Source: Sphyrna mokarran
Lineage: Eukaryota
Direction: 5' to 3'
DNA: 64,000 nucleotides
NCBI GenBank assembly: GCA_024679065.1
Contig: JAGIQG010000009.1
Location: forward strand, 96,658,001-96,722,000
Numbering within the stretch: position 1 is the stretch's first letter; each line of letters opens with the position of its first letter. The translations under genes and the position numbers were made by a program. Below are positions 59,101 to 64,000 of the stretch, one piece after another. Under the pieces are notes generated by a model. That model made no database searches. It saw only the letters and a list, made by a program, of their open reading frames with translations, and had not been told where the DNA came from.

Positions 59101-62100
59101 GTCAGAACATTCGCTGAGTTTCTGGATTAATAGTCTAACAATATTACCACTAGGCCACCGCCTTTACACATTATGGCAATAAGACCATGCCATGTCTATA
59201 ATTGCAATTGCCCCTCTCAGCAGATTCCCAGTTCACCACATATACTAATGCACTTTGCAGGAGCTGTGCAGGGACGGCAAATTTGCAAACCCAGGGAATC
59301 TGATGTGTTCTTGGAGAAAGAGGAAAATTGCAGGGATGTGGGGGGAAAAGTGGGGCAGTGTTAGTAACTCAATGTCCGTGCAAAGGAACCAGGGCCGAGC
59401 AGCACCCTCCTGCACTGTACTATCTTGTGCATGACATGAATGAACATGAGGCACTCCGCTGTTTCGTTGTCTAGGAGATTTGAAGGCTGAAATGAGGCAC
59501 GATGGAGTCACAAGTCATGCAGGTGAGTGTGAAATAGCATGGATATTCTTGCTCACTACTGGTTTCCCACTGCCCCATCCTGTCAACAGTTAAAAGTGGG
59601 GTAAGCAAGGACTGGCCTTTCAACAATTAAGGCAAATTTAACTCGCAAATTATTTATAGAACCCCTACAGTACAGAAGGAGGCCATTTGAACCTGCACCA
59701 ACAACAATCATACTCTAACCCTACATATTTATCCTGCTAATTCCACCTCCCCCACCACCTCCCAAAACTAGGGTCAATTTACCATGACCAGTCATCTAAC
59801 CTGCACACCTTTGGACTGTGGGAGGAAACTGAGCACCCAAAGAAAATCCACGCAGACATGGGGAAAATGTACAAGCTCCACCCAGACAGTGACCCAAGCC
59901 GGGAATTGAATTATTGACCACTTGAGGGTCATTTCTCATCTAGCCTCAATTTTTTAAAGGGAAGAGTTCCTGCGGATGGGAGACACTGGAAAATAATTAG
60001 GTTTAGGTCTTGTACAGAAAGGGTATATTTCCATCAGAAGCTCCCTTTTAAGTTTGAGTGCCCTCCACTTACACTCTAGTAATTGCTTGACCTCCCCATC
60101 CCCTGTCCCTCTGCCTAGTCCCCAATCCCCCACTGAATACTCTCATGACTTCCCTCTTCCCAGCACCCGCCAAAACTTTCCTTCGTCTAGAATCCTGTGA
60201 CTTTAGCTACAGGGATTGCACGCAGTCCTGATCCTGAACACTGTATCCTGTGGTGCTGCAGGTTTAGAGATCTCTAAGGCAGGACTTCCACCCAAATGAG
60301 GGTCCTGCAACACAAGCCCATGGATCTTTCTTGGATGGCAGGATGGGAATTCCTGCCATGCAAAAATTTCTGGCCATTATCTACTGAAAGGATGCCTTGA
60401 AATGCAAAACATGCAATGAAACTTTATTCTTTATTTGCACCCGTAAGAAATAAGTTGCAGCTCTGTCACCTAACTGAGATATTTCCAAAGCACTGAGCAA
60501 CTAAATCATAGAATTATAGAATCCCTACACTGCAGAAGGAGGCCAATCGGCCCATCAAGTCTACACTGACCACATCCCCATCCAAGTCCTATTCCAGTAA
60601 CTCCGCCAGTTCATCCTGCTTGTCTCCCTGACTCCAAGGGGCAATTTAGCATAGCCAATCCATCTAACCTGCACATTTTTGGACTGTGGGAGGAAATCAG
60701 ATCACCCAGAGGAAACCCATGCTGACCCAGGGAGAATGTGCAAATTTCAGATAGACGATAACCTAAGCCAGGAATTGAACCCGGATCCCTGGCACTGAGA
60801 GGCAGCAGTGCTGAACACTGTGCCACTATGAATCCACAACCTCCACCATCTAAGTGTCACAAGCTAAGAAACAAAACCTGATTCACATTCACATCTACAT
60901 CCACATGTCTCGCAGCCTTTAAGAAGTACCTGGACGAGTACTTGGCACGCCATGGCCCAAGTGCTGGCAAGTACGATTAGGTGGGCAAATCAGGCTGTTT
61001 CATTGGTTGATACAGACTCTGGGCCGAAGGGCCTCTTCTGCACAGTAGTATTCTGTGATTCTGGATTAGTTAAACAGTACAATAGGTGTAGTTATGAGAC
61101 ATTGTATATTTAGCAGCACTCCAAATAGACAACACTGATACTTGTAATGCTTTTTTCAAATATAGATTGCCATTACAATAAACAGTGTAATCTTATACTG
61201 ACCATGTGCAGTTCCAGAGGAGATTTAGCTCATTGATTTATTTTTTTTAAATTTGTTTTGCAGATAACATAACGTCACCTCAACTTGAAACAGAGCAAGA
61301 CCTGGTAATTAATCTAATAAGAAAACAAATTGCATTATTTCAACTTCACATACTCAGTATAGGTTTGGAACAATAAGTCCGCATTATCGTCTTTATGAAA
61401 TCGTAGATTAGACAGAGATATAATTGAATTGTTGTTGAGAATGAATACCTATACAGAACATGGGTCAGTTTTTATGACTAGATAACTGAGGCTAACAGTA
61501 AACCAATGCTTGGTGTCTGCAGTTCATTGTGAAAACTGCGATTCTGCTGTCTGATATAACCCATTCCCCTGTACAGTCTGCTATTGCTGCCCTTGCCAAG
61601 CTCTTGGCACTGAGAGAAAGACAGCCCCTCAAACCTGATTACATACCAACCAATCCCCCTAAGGAGGCGGAATTAATTAGAGCTGATGGATATAGACGTG
61701 CGTGACTTATTAACAGAATGAAAATCACTGAGCAGTAACCTATCTGGCTGTAGAAAAGAAATCAATCTCGCAAGTGCAAAGCCTCATTCTCTTAATAATA
61801 GCATAGAAGGAGGCCATTTGGCCCATTGGGTCTGCACCAACTGAGATCTTTCCAATGCACTGGGCAACTAATTCGTAGAATCATAGAATCCCTACGCTGC
61901 AGAGGAGGCAAATCAGCCAATCAAGCCCGCACCAATAATAATCCTACCCAGGGCCCAGCCTCATAAGCCCACATATTTAACCTTCTAGTCCCCCTGTCAC
62001 TAAGGGGCAATTTATCATGGCCAATCAACCTAATCCACACATTTTTAGAGTGTGGGAGGAAACCAGGTATCTCTCTATACCCATTTTACTTACGTAACTG

Positions 62101-63173
62101 TCTAAATGCTTTTTAAAAGGCAAAATTGTACTCATCTCTATTAATATCTCTAGCAGCTTGTTCCAGACAGTCGCCCCCTCTGTATGAAAAAATTGCCCCT
62201 CTGGATTCTTTTGTCTCTTTCCCCTGTCACCTTAAACTTATGTCCTCTAGTTTTAAACTCCCCTACCTTTGGGAAAAGATATTGACTATCTAGCTGATTT
62301 GTGCCTCTTATCATTTTATAGACTTTCACAAGATCAACCCTCAACCTCCTACACTTAGCGAAAAGAGTCCCAGTCTATCCAACCTCAAGCTGTTAAGACC
62401 TGGTAGCATCCTAGCAAATCTTTTCTGCACTTTTTTTTAGTTGAATGTAAAACAAATCCATTATGTCCATAACAGACCCCACTGGCAAACGGTGGAAAGA
62501 ATATAATTTGGTCTTGTTTAGATGTAGTTATGAGAATACACAGCACCTTGCAATAGCAAGCTGGTGTTACTGCTCCTGCTTTAACGAATATTAAATGCAC
62601 AGTCAGGAACAACTTAAATTGTTATTTTTCATCGATCAATATTAATTAAATCATACATTTCAAAGTTTGCTATTATGACGTTTCTACTGTTTTTAGTCAT
62701 ATGCAGGAATAAATAGTCACTGTCAAATCAAATTTCAGCATATAACGGAAAATTGTCAAAATAGTGAGATTGGTTCATCTGGTGTGTGTGTTGGTGATGT
62801 CAGCATAGTGAGAAGATTCCTGTAGTCCCAATCTATTGGATATTTGATAAATGTGAACATTGGCATCAAAGAGATTTTCTCACTATGTTTCATAAAGTGT
62901 TCAACATAATAGAAACATTTGCTTCATTTCCTGTCATCAGTAACAAGTTAAAGATAGTGAGATTAATTTTTCTGATGTTACATTTTAATAAAATTATTTT
63001 CGGGGCTCGTCCATCCAACACTGTTTCGGTGCCACAAACGAAAACAAAAAATGCTGGAAAATCTCAGCAGGTCTGACAGCATCTGTTGAAAGAAAAGAGC
63101 CAATGTTTCGAGTCTGGATGACTCTTAAAATGCTATTTTTTTAAACAATCTGAAGATAGCTGCCAATAGTTTG

Positions 63174-63240
<67 letters not shown>

Positions 63241-63881
63241 CAGTTTGATTATTGTTGTCATATGCATTAGCATACAGTGAAAAGTATTGCCTCTTGCGCA
63301 GTATACAGATAAAGCATACCATTCATAGAGAAGGAAATGAGAGAGTGCAGAACGTAGTGTTACAGTCATGGCTAAGCTGTAGAGAAAGATCAACTTAATG
63401 TGACATAGGTCCATTCAAAAATCTGACAGCAGCAGGGAAGAAGTTGTTCTTGACTCGATCAGTATGTGACGTAAGACTTTTGTATCTTTTTCCCGACGGA
63501 ACAAGGTGGAAGAGAATGTCTCGGGTGCATGGGGGCCTTAATTATGCTGGCTGCTTTTCTGAGGCAGCGGGAAACGTAGACAGAATGTGTGTGGGTGTGT
63601 GTTATGATTTATCCCATGGTAGGTCATTGAGGAATTCTTTCTTTAGAAAGTGTTGGTCTATATCAATAATTATGTCCTTGGATAAATACTTTACTTTGTG
63701 ACAAGTTAAAGATGGAACTCTATTGAACATGATCCCTTGTGTATGGTCCTGAAATATGTTTCACTTTGTGTGTGATTGTATTACACTTCATTCAAGTATT
63801 CACTGATAGAGCTTTATTTGTTTTCCCCAGGATACAAATGAAGAACAATCGATCTACACGCCTATGGAAAGGTACATCTAG
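38102..63881 (+). CDS. Spliced gene model: type I membrane Ig-superfamily receptor (signal peptide, 4 VJ-type V domains, TM, ITIM-bearing tail), NKp30/NCR3-like; about 580 aa if all exons are used
   Basis: Eleven GT-AG exons with compatible phases: 38102-38144, 40876-41211, 42593-42919, 44596-44925, 46195-46527, 48317-48430, 57652-57670, 58517-58554, 61264-61304, 62697-62807, 63831-63881. The joined frame has no stop until TAG 63879-63881. The extracellular/TM part is well supported, the tail exons moderately. Confidence 0.8.
38540..39162 (-). mobile_element. Two tandem HE1-type SINEs downstream of the leader exon
   Basis: Consensus matches at about 38540-38853 and 38870-39162. Confidence 0.9.
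40876..41211 (+). CDS. V-set Ig domain exon V1 (VJ-type), 336 nt, phase 1-1
   Basis: tccag|GA...G|gtaag. Protein GINAEKFSVIQEHP...IPC...WYK...YRGRI...DSGIYYC...YGAGTQLTVR has the canonical B-strand Cys, C-strand Trp, DxGxYYC and a J-like G strand. Confidence 0.95.
42593..42919 (+). CDS. V-set Ig domain exon V2 (paralogue of V1), 327 nt, phase 1-1
   Basis: ttccag|GA...G|gtaagt; open frame; DSGVYYC...YGAGTQLTVR. Confidence 0.95.
44596..44925 (+). CDS. V-set Ig domain exon V3 (paralogue of V1), 330 nt, phase 1-1
   Basis: ttccag|GA...G|gtaagt; open frame; DSGIYYC...YGARTQLTVE. Confidence 0.95.
46195..46527 (+). CDS. V-set Ig domain exon V4 (divergent, membrane-proximal), 333 nt, phase 1-1
   Basis: tttccag|AA...G|gtaaga; ERKAEFQVIQ...IPC...WYK...YKGRI...DSGLYYCC...YGAGTQLIVM. 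Confidence 0.95.
46649..46824 (+). repeat. 45-46 bp minisatellite, about 4 copies
   Basis: ctgggactgggtgggacag(c/t/a)gggtcagacactgtcctttccccct starts at 46651, 46696, 46742 and 46787. Confidence 0.95.
47105..47815 (-). mobile_element. CR1 3' fragment in the V4-TM intron
   Basis: ORFs 47305-47768 contain HLECCVQFWSP and FSLERRRLR. Confidence 0.9.
48317..48430 (+). CDS. Transmembrane exon EKTKPIAVLLLILLVSTVVELGVFLSVALYCLRLRRVR
   Basis: ctctctccacag| acceptor and G|gtaaga donor, phase 1-1; hydrophobic stretch followed by a basic stop-transfer sequence RLRRVR. Confidence 0.92.
49435..49773 (+). mobile_element. HE1-type SINE; further intronic copies at about 50600-50908 (+), 53862-54165 (-), 55115-55450 (-), 57260-57570 (+), 59655-59910 (-), 60505-60828 (-) and 61875-62065 (-)
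   Basis: Consensus match. Confidence 0.9.
50315..50569. mobile_element. Second, internally deleted copy of the same Penelope-like hairpin element
   Basis: Same termini; inverted arms of about 80 bp; degenerate TSD ending gattattgg on both sides. Confidence 0.8.
51500..53745 (+). mobile_element. CR1 LINE ORF2 remnant with tail, interrupted at 52290-52673
   Basis: KSPGPDGI, GVPQGSMLGP, KFADD and ALERVQRRFTRM; tail ttctatgttctatg. Confidence 0.93.
52290..52673. mobile_element. Penelope-like element remnant forming a hairpin with about 165-bp arms and a 13-bp TSD
   Basis: Inverted arms at about 52330-52494 and 52507-52673; TGTATCATAGAAG is duplicated at 52277-52289 and 52674-52686. Confidence 0.85.
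54225..54615 (+). mobile_element. CR1 3' end
   Basis: SLERKRLRGDLIEVYK. Confidence 0.85.
55900..56710 (+). mobile_element. CR1 3' end interrupted by an HE1-type SINE (about 56135-56440)
   Basis: QRRFTRM and FFRQRVMNLWN remnants. Confidence 0.8.
57652..57670 (+). CDS. Cytoplasmic micro-exon (19 nt) DLQKAQ(R)
   Basis: Long T-rich tract ending ttcattag|, strong donor AAG|gtgagt; phase 1 in, phase 2 out; fits both neighbours. Confidence 0.75.
57903..58135. mobile_element. Short palindromic Penelope-like repeat of a second family; relatives at about 5270-5455, 16005-16135, 20030-20122, 28680-28755, 45755-45840 and 63035-63125
   Basis: aaaatgctggaaaatctcagcag and ctgctgagattttccagcatttt form inverted ends. 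Confidence 0.7.
58517..58554 (+). CDS. Cytoplasmic micro-exon (38 nt) RQSTIIPENTCKD
   Basis: ttcttcccttgcag| and ATG|gtaagt; phase 2 in, phase 1 out. Confidence 0.78.
61264..61304 (+). CDS. Cytoplasmic micro-exon (41 nt) DNITSPQLETEQDL
   Basis: tttgttttgcag| and CTG|gtaatt; phase 1 in, phase 0 out. Confidence 0.75.
62065..62430 (-). mobile_element. CR1 3' fragment
   Basis: ORF 62150-62344 reads DLVKVYKMIRG...TRGHKFKV. Confidence 0.85.
62697..62807 (+). CDS. Cytoplasmic exon SYAGINSHCQIKFQHITENCQNSEIGSSGVCVGDVSI (completes ITIM L|SYAGI); 3' end uncertain
   Basis: tttctactgtttttag| acceptor, phase 0. Donor ATA|gtgaga at 62807 (phase 0) is preferred; alternatives are G|gtgtgt at 62781 (phase 1) or read-through to a TAG near 62824. 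Confidence 0.6.
63177..63238. repeat. (TG)n microsatellite in the last intron
   Basis: Direct inspection. Confidence 0.97.
63242..63585 (-). mobile_element. Rex1/Babar-type LINE 3' end
   Basis: Matches the 815-1160 copy. Confidence 0.8.
63831..63881 (+). CDS. Probable terminal coding exon DTNEEQSIYTPMERYI*
   Basis: tttgttttccccag| acceptor; the phase-0 frame gives an acidic stretch followed by a Tyr motif; ATTAAA at 63943-63948 may be a poly(A) signal. Confidence 0.6.
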   Translation, partial: DTNEEQSIYTPMERYI

Positions 63882-64000
63882 CCAGCAACCTCTTAAGTTT
63901 ACAATTAGCTTGCTGCTATCACTGTAAATTCAGTGCACTGCCATTAAATATGGCAGTACAATTACAATATTTAAATTTGGACAAGTACATGGTGAGGAAA

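Noticed and set aside
1360-60826. Many similar 60-100 aa ORFs (CGRKPEHPEE..., LGSLSVWSLH...) resembling a peptide family
   Set aside because: All are translations of HE1-type SINE copies.

Overview
This window is eukaryotic DNA, very likely from a shark or other elasmobranch, judging by the dense HE1-type SINEs, CR1, Rex1-type and Penelope-like retroelements and one N gap. Bases 1-37,000 are almost entirely retroelement debris plus a tRNA-Asp pseudogene and a few unique-sequence islands. From about 38.1 kb to 63.9 kb on the + strand I can assemble one multi-exon Ig-superfamily receptor gene that the ORF track shows only in fragments. It has a signal-peptide exon and four germline-joined VJ-type V-domain exons (NKp30/NCR3-like fold, no RSS). 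The first three V exons are near-identical cassettes from a ~2-kb tandem triplication. A transmembrane exon with a central Glu follows, then five short cytoplasmic exons whose phases chain in frame and build an ITIM (LSYAGI) across a splice junction and a terminal SIYTPM motif. The main hypothesis is a shark NK-type inhibitory receptor whose three leader-proximal V cassettes may be spliced alternatively. Secondary observations include Penelope-like hairpins with hammerhead cores, a G-quadruplex minisatellite, a fold-back LINE and nested antiparallel CR1 insertions. Family names come from motif recognition only; no database search was run.
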